Assembly: GCA_040182905.1 (NCBI GenBank)
Contig: JARQWU010000032.1
Span: 1 to 62,323 of the forward strand
Origin: Barthelona sp. PAP020
Taxonomy: Eukaryota
Length of the DNA: 62,323 nucleotides
Direction of reading: 5' to 3'
This document shows, piece by piece, positions 53,231-62,323 of the stretch. Numbering within the stretch: position 1 is the first letter of the stretch; each line of letters begins with the position of its first letter. The notes beneath the pieces were generated by a model. The model was not told the DNA's origin and made no database searches. It saw only the letters and a program-made list of their open reading frames with translations. The translations under genes and the position numbers were made by a program.

Positions 53231-54478
53231 TTATTCTGAAATCCCAGGTGAATTTTTGGAATTTGAATCCATCAATTGCTTTGCAGTGTTTAAAGGTGTT
53301 GTCAAAACTTGATGATGCGTGTAGTCTTCAGAATTCATTGTTTGATTCTTTTGTTTTGTTGGACTATTAACTGATGGCATATTTTCAACACTTTTTTCCA
53401 ATTTAGCGAAAGGGGAAACAATACTTTCGTTGTGTGCCTCACCCAATTTCCACAATTTTTTTTCAATCATTTTTAAAAAAGTCTGTTGCTGTCCAATAAT
53501 GGATCCAGGTCTCAAAACACGCAAAAAACCAATGACTTCTTTTGCAGTAAATCGATAGTGTTTCATGAGATAACAACCAATTAAAGTGCCTGTTCTTCCT
53601 AGACCTGCACGGCAATGTACAGCAACAGCGTCAGTGGAATTTTCAAGTATATGAAAGAAATCATTCATTAGATTCCAACTCGGCAATCCACCATCTGGAA
53701 AAAAAAGATCATGATGATTGAATCCCATTGAAACAAAACTGTGTGAATTGTAACATGGTTTGTTTAAACGAACGACAGTGTTAATGTTGTACTTTCTAAA
53801 ATAGGGAATATAATCTTCAGGCGATAAAACAAAGAAATATTGTGCTGCAGAAGGATGAGTCTTAGCAACAGGTCCAGCAAATGCCAGAATTTTTTTGGGA
53901 ATGATCCAATGCATGTCTCCTTCAGTGACCTGACTATAAAATTCATATTCTTTTAAATTAAATTTATGAAGATCAAACAGTTTACAATCAATGGCTCTTT
54001 TAATTCCTGCCATAATATCACGAATTGACAAATCAAAAATTGATCGTCCACTTGCTGCATCTCTGTATGAAAGAAAACTTGGCTGTATTCTTTGTAATAA
54101 TGACCAAGTAAAATCGACAGACATTTTTAAAATTGTGACACAATATATTCCAACCAAACATGATGCATTGGTGCGATAATATGCATCATTTGAACAATGA
54201 TAAACAATTTTTACATCAGGTGTTGAATTGTTCAACATTCTGTTCATTTTTGCTGCAAATCTATAAACACAACCCATGTTCAATGGACCAAAATCAGCTA
54301 AAAATGGTTCATATCTCAATTCATTTTCGGTTGAAAAATATTGAACAGTTGAAGTTGATCTTAGTATATAATTGGAGTTTTCTAAAGGTAAAAAGAAAAA
54401 GCGATCTAAAACATTAGTAATTCATAATATTCAATAAATTATACTAGGTATAATAGTTATTGCTTCACTTGGAATCAT
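53231..54478 (-). CDS. CDC14: Cdc14 dual-specificity phosphatase (2 exons: 54478-54445 and 54405-53231)
   Basis: ADFGPLN, YRDA, GDMHWIIP, LFFPDGG and the catalytic VHCRAGLGRTG. Splicing out 54444-54406 restores the conserved N-terminus MIPSEAITIIPNRFFF...YFSTENELRYEPF in frame (1209 nt). Confidence 0.92.
54406..54444 (-). other. 39-nt spliceosomal intron
   Basis: Minus-strand sequence GTATAATTTATTGAATATTATGAATTACTAATGTTTTAG has GT...AG ends, a branch-point-like ACTAAT and in-frame stops. Confidence 0.85.
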
Positions 54479-54750
54479 CGAGAAAAAGACCACTAAATCT
54501 TCTTTGTTTCTTTTTACAGTTGTACAATATTTTAAATCTTTTTTAATTATCTCAAAAATGAAACAATAAAAACAAATATATTCATTTTTCTTGATTTCAA
54601 GTGGGATTTTTGAAAGACTTTTCAAAAAAAATGTACATTTTCTGTAAATTGTTACCATTCTTTTAATTGTTACTTTCAATTGAAAAACAACCAAATGATT
54701 AAAGAAAAAACTTTATAAAATACAACAATTTATAGATTAAATATTAAATA

Positions 54751-56730
54751 TTAAAAATATTCTGCACTTTCCAATTTGCGAATTTTTTCGGTTAACATTT
54801 TATTGTTATCCAACAATTTTCTTTGATTTACCATCAATAAATTTTTTTGAACATAATACTCATTTCTAAATTGAATCAAATTGGTTTTTAAACTGCCATA
54901 TAAATTTTCAAAAACTTCCAATTTTTTCCCTTGATCAACCACTTCATTTTTAAGATTTTTTGATTCATCAAGAATATTTTTAAATTTGTTGTGAAATGTT
55001 TGAATCTCTTTTTGCAATTTATTCTTTGAAAGCTTTTCATTAGCAAGTAATTTTTGATATTTTGAAATTTCCTCAAAAAGTTCTTTATTTTTTTCTTCCA
55101 ACCCTTCTAAATACATTAATTCTTGGATTTTTCCCTGTTTTTCAATGATATTATTTGTTAACTTCATTATTTCTTCTCTTAAAGAAATATTATCTTGCTT
55201 CAAATCACCATAATTTTTGTTCATAGTTATTAAAATAGAACAGTAATTCTTCAAATGACGAATAATTTCATTCACTTGTCTATAATCTTTTTCATCATTG
55301 ATAGAAGTTAAAATTGAATCAAAATTACAGATATTATTTTCAAATTTTGTCTCAAACATTTTCAAATTTTTCAAAAAGTTTTGATCAAGAATTTTTGAAA
55401 TATTTTTGAAACTTGAAGAAATATTCTCCAAAAGTTCTTGTTGGTTGTTATTTCTGAATTCTAATTCATCTGTACGATTATAGATATTTTCTAATTCTTC
55501 TCTGACATTCTTTAAATCATTAGTTAAATTTATATTTGTATCATTTAAATTATCAAAACTTTCACTCTTTAATTTATAATCATCAAATTCAATCATGGAC
55601 ATTTTTAATTCATCAATTTCATTTTGTTGGAGTTTTAATTGATTTGTCAGAGTTTCATTTTCTTTTTTAATTTTCTGATGATTAGTTTGAGATCTTTCCA
55701 ATTTATCGATAATTAATCTATTATTTGTTAATTCTGTTGTAGTTTCATCAAAATTTTTTTGTAAATTTTCAAAATCTATCAATTTTCTTTTCATCATTTC
55801 AATATCTTTTTCTTTCAATAATAATTTATTGTTGAACTCAATAACCTTCAAATTTAAACTTTCATTATCTTGTTTGAAGGCGCTACATGCTTGTTTAACA
55901 TCCGTTTTCTCTTTTTCAATTCTTTTATGTTCTCTTTGAAGTTCATCCAAATCCTCCAACAATTTCGTATGTTCTAATTTAAGATCAGAATATTTAGAAT
56001 CCAAATTTTCATTCTCCTCAACCAAAATGGAATTTTTTTGACTCATTTCATCCAATTTTTGAATTAAATTTTGAATATTTTCTTTATTTTTGGTTTGTAA
56101 TTCTAATTCCCCATTAATTCGTTGATTCTCTAAATTTATTCCATCATAAGACAATAATAAGCGTTGATTTTCAGAAGCTAAACTTTCATTTCTTGAACGT
56201 TCAGATGATAATGCAATTTTCAACCTTTTAATTTCATTTTCTAATTTAGTTACCTCAAAATTTTCTCTAAATGGTGAAGTTATGGATATTTTTGAAGAAT
56301 CTTCAGAATTTTCATTTGGTGTCATTGTTATCATTGAATTATCTTCACGCATATTTGATTTTGTAACAAATTCTCCCTTTTCTAAAGAATTATTTAAATG
56401 TTCAATACGTTCATTAATATCTTTTTGTTGTTCTAAAATATTGTCATACATGTTAGAATTAACTGTTAATTTTAACAATTCTAATTCTTTTGTAATATCT
56501 TCAACGGTATGTTGTAAGGAAGGTAAATGATTCTGAGCTAAAAAAGTATCATCATTTAAATTTTTCATTTCTTCCTCCAATTCAGCAATAATTGAAGGAT
56601 CAAATTTTGAAGACTTAATTCTTTCTAATTCATTTTGTAATATGCTTGTTCTATGCTGAGTTGCAAATAATTCGGACGCTAATTCGGCTTGAATCGATCG
56701 TAATTGTGATAATTCTGTGGATGAATCCAT
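54751..56730 (-). CDS. Long coiled-coil protein
   Basis: 659-aa E/K/N/L-rich heptad ORF. Confidence 0.75.
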   Translation of the reverse strand: MDSSTELSQLRSIQAELASELFATQHRTSILQNELERIKSSKFDPSIIAELEEEMKNLNDDTFLAQNHLPSLQHTVEDITKELELLKLTVNSNMYDNILEQQKDINERIEHLNNSLEKGEFVTKSNMREDNSMITMTPNENSEDSSKISITSPFRENFEVTKLENEIKRLKIALSSERSRNESLASENQRLLLSYDGINLENQRINGELELQTKNKENIQNLIQKLDEMSQKNSILVEENENLDSKYSDLKLEHTKLLEDLDELQREHKRIEKEKTDVKQACSAFKQDNESLNLKVIEFNNKLLLKEKDIEMMKRKLIDFENLQKNFDETTTELTNNRLIIDKLERSQTNHQKIKKENETLTNQLKLQQNEIDELKMSMIEFDDYKLKSESFDNLNDTNINLTNDLKNVREELENIYNRTDELEFRNNNQQELLENISSSFKNISKILDQNFLKNLKMFETKFENNICNFDSILTSINDEKDYRQVNEIIRHLKNYCSILITMNKNYGDLKQDNISLREEIMKLTNNIIEKQGKIQELMYLEGLEEKNKELFEEISKYQKLLANEKLSKNKLQKEIQTFHNKFKNILDESKNLKNEVVDQGKKLEVFENLYGSLKTNLIQFRNEYYVQKNLLMVNQRKLLDNNKMLTEKIRKLESAEYF

Positions 56731-56829
56731 TCGAATTTCTTTCTATAAAAAAATGAACAAAATACACACTTCAAGATTTTTTCGACAGAACTTTTTTTTT
56801 TAACCAGAATGTTTAATTTGTAAGTTCGA

Positions 56830-59709
56830 ATGGGTATTTGCTGTTCTAGTGAATCCAGATTAAGTCGACGATTCAATTTAATATTTGTTGAAGAAAACAA
56901 TCCTTATAATTTGAGTAATTTGAATGATTTAATTGATTATTTATTAATTAATCCAAATGAATGTAATAATGTTGGACAATTATTATTTGAACGAACGACA
57001 GAACAATGCAAAGAAAAAGATTTTGTGAATTTAAATGTTTCTTTGGAATTTGCTTATTTATTCATTGTCAATTGTTTTGATCAAATAGTTCAATTTGATT
57101 CTTCAATAATTAAAATGATTCAAAAGATATTCACTTTTTTTCAAGAAAATTATCAAAATTCTAATCAAAACCATATTGATGAAGCACATAAAATATGTTT
57201 AAAGAACTTAGATTTATTAAATTTATTTTTTGAAAAAGATTTAAAAGTTTCTTCCAGAAATTATTCAAATTTTGTTGATTTTTTGACCTCACTTGCTTTA
57301 AATACATTTGGTAATAAACGAGGTTTTCTTGAAAGACGTTATTTAGCATTACATTGTTTACATACTCTTTTGACGAAGATCAATGGTAGAACCATTGCAT
57401 ATTTCACACAAATATTTCCTTGCACTTTATCAAATTTGACATTTGATTTGGAAATAACCTCTGAAAAAAAGATTGAGAATTTATATGAATCAATTGAAAA
57501 TTTCCAAAATTTTAGACCCTCAAATTTTGAATCTTTTTGGAATTCTCCTGATTTGTCAACTTTATCTGTTGAAGAAATTATGGTTTCTTTGAAGACTTTA
57601 TCGTTGAGTGTTTTGGATATTTTGATTTCAACTTCTTCCGTTGATGCTTTAAAATTGATAATACGTTGTTTGAATGAAAATCCTGATTTAATTTTATTGA
57701 AAAACTATTATTTGCTTCCGATCAGTTCCTATAAAGAAACGATTGACATTGAAATTATAGATAATGATGTTGAAAAGGAAATACCAGCAAATATTGAGCA
57801 TTTTAATATGAGCAATCAATTATTTGATATTATTTTGAACAGCGTACCAAAACATGGATTGAGTAGCATTTATGAAACATTATTGTTACGAAATCATTCA
57901 TGTTTGATTGACAACATTATATCTCCATTATCAACCACTATAAACACAAACACATTAACAACTAATCAACATCAATTATTTGTTGACCAAGAAGAAAGGT
58001 TAGAAGAGCAAAATTTCTATTTAACTCTGTTATATTTTTTGTTATCTTTTGATGAAAGTTTACTTGATTCAACCTTAATGCGTTTAATATATAATCATAT
58101 AACCCAACATTTGATATGGAAATATGAAAAAACTTTAAACGAAAATTTTTATATTTTTGATTATGAAAGAATTCCATTAATTGCCCTATCTAAACATTTG
58201 GAATATCAAAAATGGATAATTTTGAAATTTTTGAATTTTCTTGTTTATAATTCAAATATTGATGAAAGAGTTTCATTTTTACAAAAGATCAATTTATTGT
58301 TTCAAACATATATGATTGATCAATATAAGCATAGTAACATAGTCAATTTAAAATACGATGAAAACTTTCAAAACTTTTACATTTCATTAATTTATTTCTT
58401 TTTGGATTTTTTAAATATTATTTTAGATCAATTGAGTTCGTCTGAGATAATTGAGATTAAATGTATTTTAAACAATTTATTTTTAATTAATTTTATGTTA
58501 TTGAGTATTGTTATAAATTTCATTGAAGAAACTGACTGCAAAAGAAATGAAAAATGTGAAAAATTGGAAAAATTATGCTTATTCAATTCAAAAATTCATT
58601 CTTTTTTTGTTAAAATTAAAAATCATTATAAAATGGAGAATAAGATCATGTTTGACATTGAAACAATTTATGAACTAATTTTCTATTCTCTGAATTTATT
58701 GTTAACAAGAATTCAATTGAAAGAATTGAAAAAAACAGATCAACAATTGATATTCAATCTATTAATCATTTTGATTGAATTGATACCTGTTAATACAACT
58801 TTTGAAAGTTTTATAATTAAAAATTTTGACATATTTATTAATTCAATATCAAAAGCACAATTTTTGGAATTATTTGAATTTTTTAGAAGAAAAATATTTT
58901 TTTCAAGTTCAAACTTTTCAAAAAATTACAAAAATTTATTAATTTTGTGTGTTGAACATTTGTATTTAGAATTAATGAATAGTTTCAAATGTTTTGATGA
59001 TAATTCCAGTAATATCGTTGTTAATTTCTTCACTAAAAATTATTTATCACCATTACAAACCTTTTTTAATTTCATTAAAGATTCTTATTCAAAGATGGCG
59101 GTAGAAACTGGTAATTGTGTGGATAATTTGAATCAACAAGAATATACAGATGAAAAGATAAATAGAAATGATGTAAATGATAGAAATGTAAATGAGATTA
59201 TATGTTTTAACGTTGAGATTATTGCCAATTCTTTTATTTTACTGGATTTCTTGAATACTCCTAAAGATTCCAAAAGTTTTAAATCACTCTTTTTCAATGA
59301 AAATACTAATGTTCTTAAAAAAGCAGATAATCAAAACATTTTAAAAATTTTTAATCAAAACTTTGATTTAAAATTTGTTTTCAATCAAAAAAAATTTTCA
59401 GAATTTTTCTTTTTCAAATATTTAACCATAAATAATTCCTTGAATTTATCTGAAGAAGATTCTTTTATAACTAACCCTTATAGAGATTTTGTTTTAGGTA
59501 TGAATGATAATAGCACTATTAATACTGATAAAAATATGAATAAAATGCAAAATGAAAAGATTATTGAGGACAAAAAGAATAAAGGTGATGCAAATATTAG
59601 AAGAGGCAGTCTATCATTTGGTTTGCATGTTGATTCCAATGTTAGTTTATATGCTAATGATTCAGAAGATGATATGGTCCCTTTATTTTTTGGTTCTTTA
59701 ATTCAATAA
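56830..59709 (+). CDS. EFR3-like plasma-membrane scaffold (PI4KA complex)
   Basis: The N-terminus MGICCSS..RLSRRFNLIF...LNDLIDYLLINPNECNNVGQLLFER resembles the palmitoylated Cys cluster and first helical repeat of EFR3. The remainder is helical and divergent. Confidence 0.6.
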   Translation: MGICCSSESRLSRRFNLIFVEENNPYNLSNLNDLIDYLLINPNECNNVGQLLFERTTEQCKEKDFVNLNVSLEFAYLFIVNCFDQIVQFDSSIIKMIQKIFTFFQENYQNSNQNHIDEAHKICLKNLDLLNLFFEKDLKVSSRNYSNFVDFLTSLALNTFGNKRGFLERRYLALHCLHTLLTKINGRTIAYFTQIFPCTLSNLTFDLEITSEKKIENLYESIENFQNFRPSNFESFWNSPDLSTLSVEEIMVSLKTLSLSVLDILISTSSVDALKLIIRCLNENPDLILLKNYYLLPISSYKETIDIEIIDNDVEKEIPANIEHFNMSNQLFDIILNSVPKHGLSSIYETLLLRNHSCLIDNIISPLSTTINTNTLTTNQHQLFVDQEERLEEQNFYLTLLYFLLSFDESLLDSTLMRLIYNHITQHLIWKYEKTLNENFYIFDYERIPLIALSKHLEYQKWIILKFLNFLVYNSNIDERVSFLQKINLLFQTYMIDQYKHSNIVNLKYDENFQNFYISLIYFFLDFLNIILDQLSSSEIIEIKCILNNLFLINFMLLSIVINFIEETDCKRNEKCEKLEKLCLFNSKIHSFFVKIKNHYKMENKIMFDIETIYELIFYSLNLLLTRIQLKELKKTDQQLIFNLLIILIELIPVNTTFESFIIKNFDIFINSISKAQFLELFEFFRRKIFFSSSNFSKNYKNLLILCVEHLYLELMNSFKCFDDNSSNIVVNFFTKNYLSPLQTFFNFIKDSYSKMAVETGNCVDNLNQQEYTDEKINRNDVNDRNVNEIICFNVEIIANSFILLDFLNTPKDSKSFKSLFFNENTNVLKKADNQNILKIFNQNFDLKFVFNQKKFSEFFFFKYLTINNSLNLSEEDSFITNPYRDFVLGMNDNSTINTDKNMNKMQNEKIIEDKKNKGDANIRRGSLSFGLHVDSNVSLYANDSEDDMVPLFFGSLIQ

Positions 59710-60131
59710 ATGTTTTTCTTTTCTTTTTACCAAATAGATAAATTTTGCTTCAAATTGGTTGGAATGAAAAAGATTTGTTTCTTTTTGTCTTTTTCTTTGT
59801 TTAAAAAGGCATATCAGTTTGGTCTTTAAAACAATCATAAATTAAAGAATTTTTTACCAATTTATTGATGGATTCACAAAGAAAAGCAACAGATTCAATG
59901 GTGATTTTTGGAAAAGATTTGTTTGTTGCGTTGAAATTTTCTCTGTTCTTTTTCTTTCTTTTCTGTGTGAAAAGTATGAAATCAAAATTTTGCAATCCCA
60001 AAAGTACAAAGCTTCAGAAAACCATAAAAACAAAAAGATGACATGTAAATTGTTTTGCTCTCACAAATTCATTACCACAATGTGAAGTTTCAATCAAAAG
60101 AAAAAAAAAAAAACACCATTATATCACATAT

Positions 60132-60653
60132 TTATTCTAAACGAGAATTTCTTCCATCAATTTTACGTTTGTTCTTTTTATTTTCTGACACATCTTGAGA
60201 AATTGGACTAACTCTATAAAATCCAGGAGCAGGATTAATAGGTCTTGCACGATCACAATTATTGGATGGAGAACTTAACAATTCAGTTCTTGGATCAATA
60301 TTTAACTCTTCATCATCTAAAAGGTTATCAATAACATTTTCTTCATCATTATGTTGTTTTCCTTTGGCTAAGTCTTCAGATAAAGCTTTAAATAAACGAA
60401 CTTTTTGTTCTTTTGATAATTCACCAAAGTTGAAATTCTCCACTTTCTTTTCCTTTATCTCTTGATATCTCAAATCATTGATTTTGTTTTTTTGTTCCTT
60501 TAATAATCTGAATAAAACAAAAACTAACGAAATTAAACCTGTACAAAAAAATCCCAAAACAATAGCCAACCAATTATGTCTAACTTCTTCAGATGTAACT
60601 TTAAATAAATAAAAAGCAATCTGTTTAATCAAATCGAATGCTTGAACCTTCAT
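60132..60653 (-). CDS. Single-pass membrane hypothetical protein
   Basis: Hydrophobic WLAIVLGFFCTGLISLVFVLF followed by a charged cytosolic tail. Confidence 0.6.
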   Translation of the reverse strand: MKVQAFDLIKQIAFYLFKVTSEEVRHNWLAIVLGFFCTGLISLVFVLFRLLKEQKNKINDLRYQEIKEKKVENFNFGELSKEQKVRLFKALSEDLAKGKQHNDEENVIDNLLDDEELNIDPRTELLSSPSNNCDRARPINPAPGFYRVSPISQDVSENKKNKRKIDGRNSRLE

Positions 60654-60904
60654 TATTCAGAAAAAATATCAAAAGCAGAAAAATCTTCCAAAAATTATCA
60701 CTTGCAAGAGACTTTAAAAATATCTCATGAATATGAAAGAGTTCTTTTTATCAAAAATTGAACTTAAAAATATCAAAGAAATTGAAAAACAAAAAAGAAT
60801 TAGAATAATTACATTTATACACAAATTATATACAGAATTTTAAATAATAAAAATTATATACTCCAGATTCCCTTTCAAAAATCTTCTTCCAAAATAAAAA
60901 ACAA

Positions 60905-62011
60905 TCATTTCAAGTAATTAACCCATCTATCAATTATCATAACTTCTTCAACTTTTTCAAAATAACAACGGGCTAATTCAGTCATAAATAACATTTTTTC
61001 ATACATGTCTCTGAATTTGCAGACAAAGATATGATCACGCGATTGATTTCTCAATTTAATACCAACAGTTATTGAATTCAATATTGTATGATTGGAGGAA
61101 TTATCTTCTTTCAATCTTTTGTCAAACTCTGAGTAATCTTCATGTGTAACATTCAAATGATTCTTTGTAATAGGTCTATCAACATAAACACGTTCAATAT
61201 TTCCAATGTCAATGGTAGCTTTTAATTTATCTATTTTACACAAATGTTTATGCAAACCAAATGAAAAAATTCGATGATTCGACAATGCAACAAGTCTCAA
61301 TTTCCCTTTATTCTTTCCAGAAATAATAGAAACCCATGCTAAATGTTGAAGTATTTCATCATCTTCTTCCACATTGGCCCTATTTAAAAAAGGTCCTTCA
61401 ATTTCTAATTGTCGAACCATAAATAATAAACGATGTGTTGCATGAACAAAAGAAATACAATCCCCGAGATTTTCAGCAAAAAAATGAACACTTACAACTG
61501 CACAATCATCAGAAGGTTGTCCAATAATCAATTCGTTTGAATGGAAAAAGGGTTTTTCATAACTCTGATGAAATCTTGATTTTGAACGACTTTTAATTGC
61601 ACCATTATGATACAAACATTGAATATGTAAAAAGAAACCACTCATATGAGTTTGATCAATATGAATTCTTTCAATAGTTCTGATATCATGACGCAATATA
61701 ATTTTTTGAGTAACACTATCAAATAAATACATGCTTTTATCAGTAAACATCATTCTCATTATTCTATCATCATCATTTCGAACGTAACCTTCAAATATAA
61801 ATGTTTCCTCATTTTTATTACATATTTCAGAGAAAGGATATTGATTTATGTGTTGACTAGGTAATAGATATACAATTCGATTTCGTTTTTCACGTTCTTT
61901 TTCAGCTTGTTTCAATTTCATCGATTCAACAAGATCAAACTTAATATCAAAATCTTTGCGAGATTCTCTTCGTTGAATTGTGGTTATTCGACGAGCGCTG
62001 CTTCTACTCAT
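60905..62011 (-). CDS. Protein with two PH-like (TH1/CARMIL-type) domains (tentative)
   Basis: Two similar beta-rich blocks, RMMFTDKSMYLFD...HDIRTIERIHI and RLVALSNHRIFSF...IDIGNIERVYV, each ending in a helix. The first ATG is at 62011. Confidence 0.5.
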   Translation of the reverse strand: MSRSSARRITTIQRRESRKDFDIKFDLVESMKLKQAEKEREKRNRIVYLLPSQHINQYPFSEICNKNEETFIFEGYVRNDDDRIMRMMFTDKSMYLFDSVTQKIILRHDIRTIERIHIDQTHMSGFFLHIQCLYHNGAIKSRSKSRFHQSYEKPFFHSNELIIGQPSDDCAVVSVHFFAENLGDCISFVHATHRLLFMVRQLEIEGPFLNRANVEEDDEILQHLAWVSIISGKNKGKLRLVALSNHRIFSFGLHKHLCKIDKLKATIDIGNIERVYVDRPITKNHLNVTHEDYSEFDKRLKEDNSSNHTILNSITVGIKLRNQSRDHIFVCKFRDMYEKMLFMTELARCYFEKVEEVMIIDRWVNYLK

Positions 62012-62228
62012 AATAATAAACAAAGAAAACGAAACATTTTTTTATTTTCTTCTCCTCCATAAAATGTTTCGAAATTTAAAAGTAAACATCCAAAAACAAT
62101 TAATACTCGAAAATTTATCTTTAAAAGAAGAATCAAATAGTCAAAATCGATTCTCACTCGTTAAAAACTTTTTTTTTCCAATAGAAAGGTATATTCACCT
62201 AACATAATTAATAATTTTCAAATATGCG

Positions 62229-62261
62229 GGAAAATTTTTTCCTGCGCAGGAAAAATTTTCC
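62229..62261. repeat. Near-perfect palindrome centred on CCTGCGCAGG
   Basis: 62236-62255 (tttttcctgc|gcaggaaaaa) is a perfect inverted repeat; it extends to 62229-62261 with a 1-nt bulge. Confidence 0.75.
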
Positions 62262-62323
62262 TTCCCATTTTTGGCAAATATGAAATTTTTTTTTTCACAT
62301 AAACATACTTTTTGATATAGTAC

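Noticed and set aside
24838..54478. Mitotic gene cluster (CENP-C, cyclin, kinesin-5, Cdc14)
   Set aside because: The genes are spread over 30 kb among unrelated genes, which is compatible with chance in a compact genome.
54431..54694. 87-aa ORF as an independent gene
   Set aside because: Only its 3' part (54478-54445) is meaningful, as Cdc14 exon 1.
1..62323. Alternative genetic code (stop-codon reassignment)
   Set aside because: Conserved proteins are full length under the standard code, and TAA, TGA and TAG all occur as terminators.

Overview
A very AT-rich, gene-dense, almost intron-free eukaryotic contig read in the standard genetic code. It carries about 30 protein-coding genes, and head-to-head intergenic gaps can be as short as about 50 bp. 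The gene content points to a flagellated protist, plausibly an anaerobe (inference): RER1, PIG-H, G3BP-like, CENP-C, CLK kinase, kinesin-5, Cdc14, EFR3-like, a FAM166-like axonemal protein and glycogen branching enzyme. Highlights: (1) a bacterial-type ATP-independent citrate lyase in which all three subunits (CitF-CitD-CitE) form one polypeptide and the acyl-carrier domain appears to lack the canonical prosthetic-group serine; (2) a prokaryote-like MFS drug transporter fused to a YhbS-type GNAT acetyltransferase; (3) a CENP-C whose CENP-C motif has the conserved YW replaced by RN; (4) a 39-nt spliceosomal intron in Cdc14 missed by the ORF track; (5) a degenerate dispersed repeat family with an internal 96-bp periodicity, found in most of the large intergenic gaps. 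No rRNA, tRNA, CRISPR array or intact transposon was recognised. All family calls are by-eye motif recognition, not database searches.
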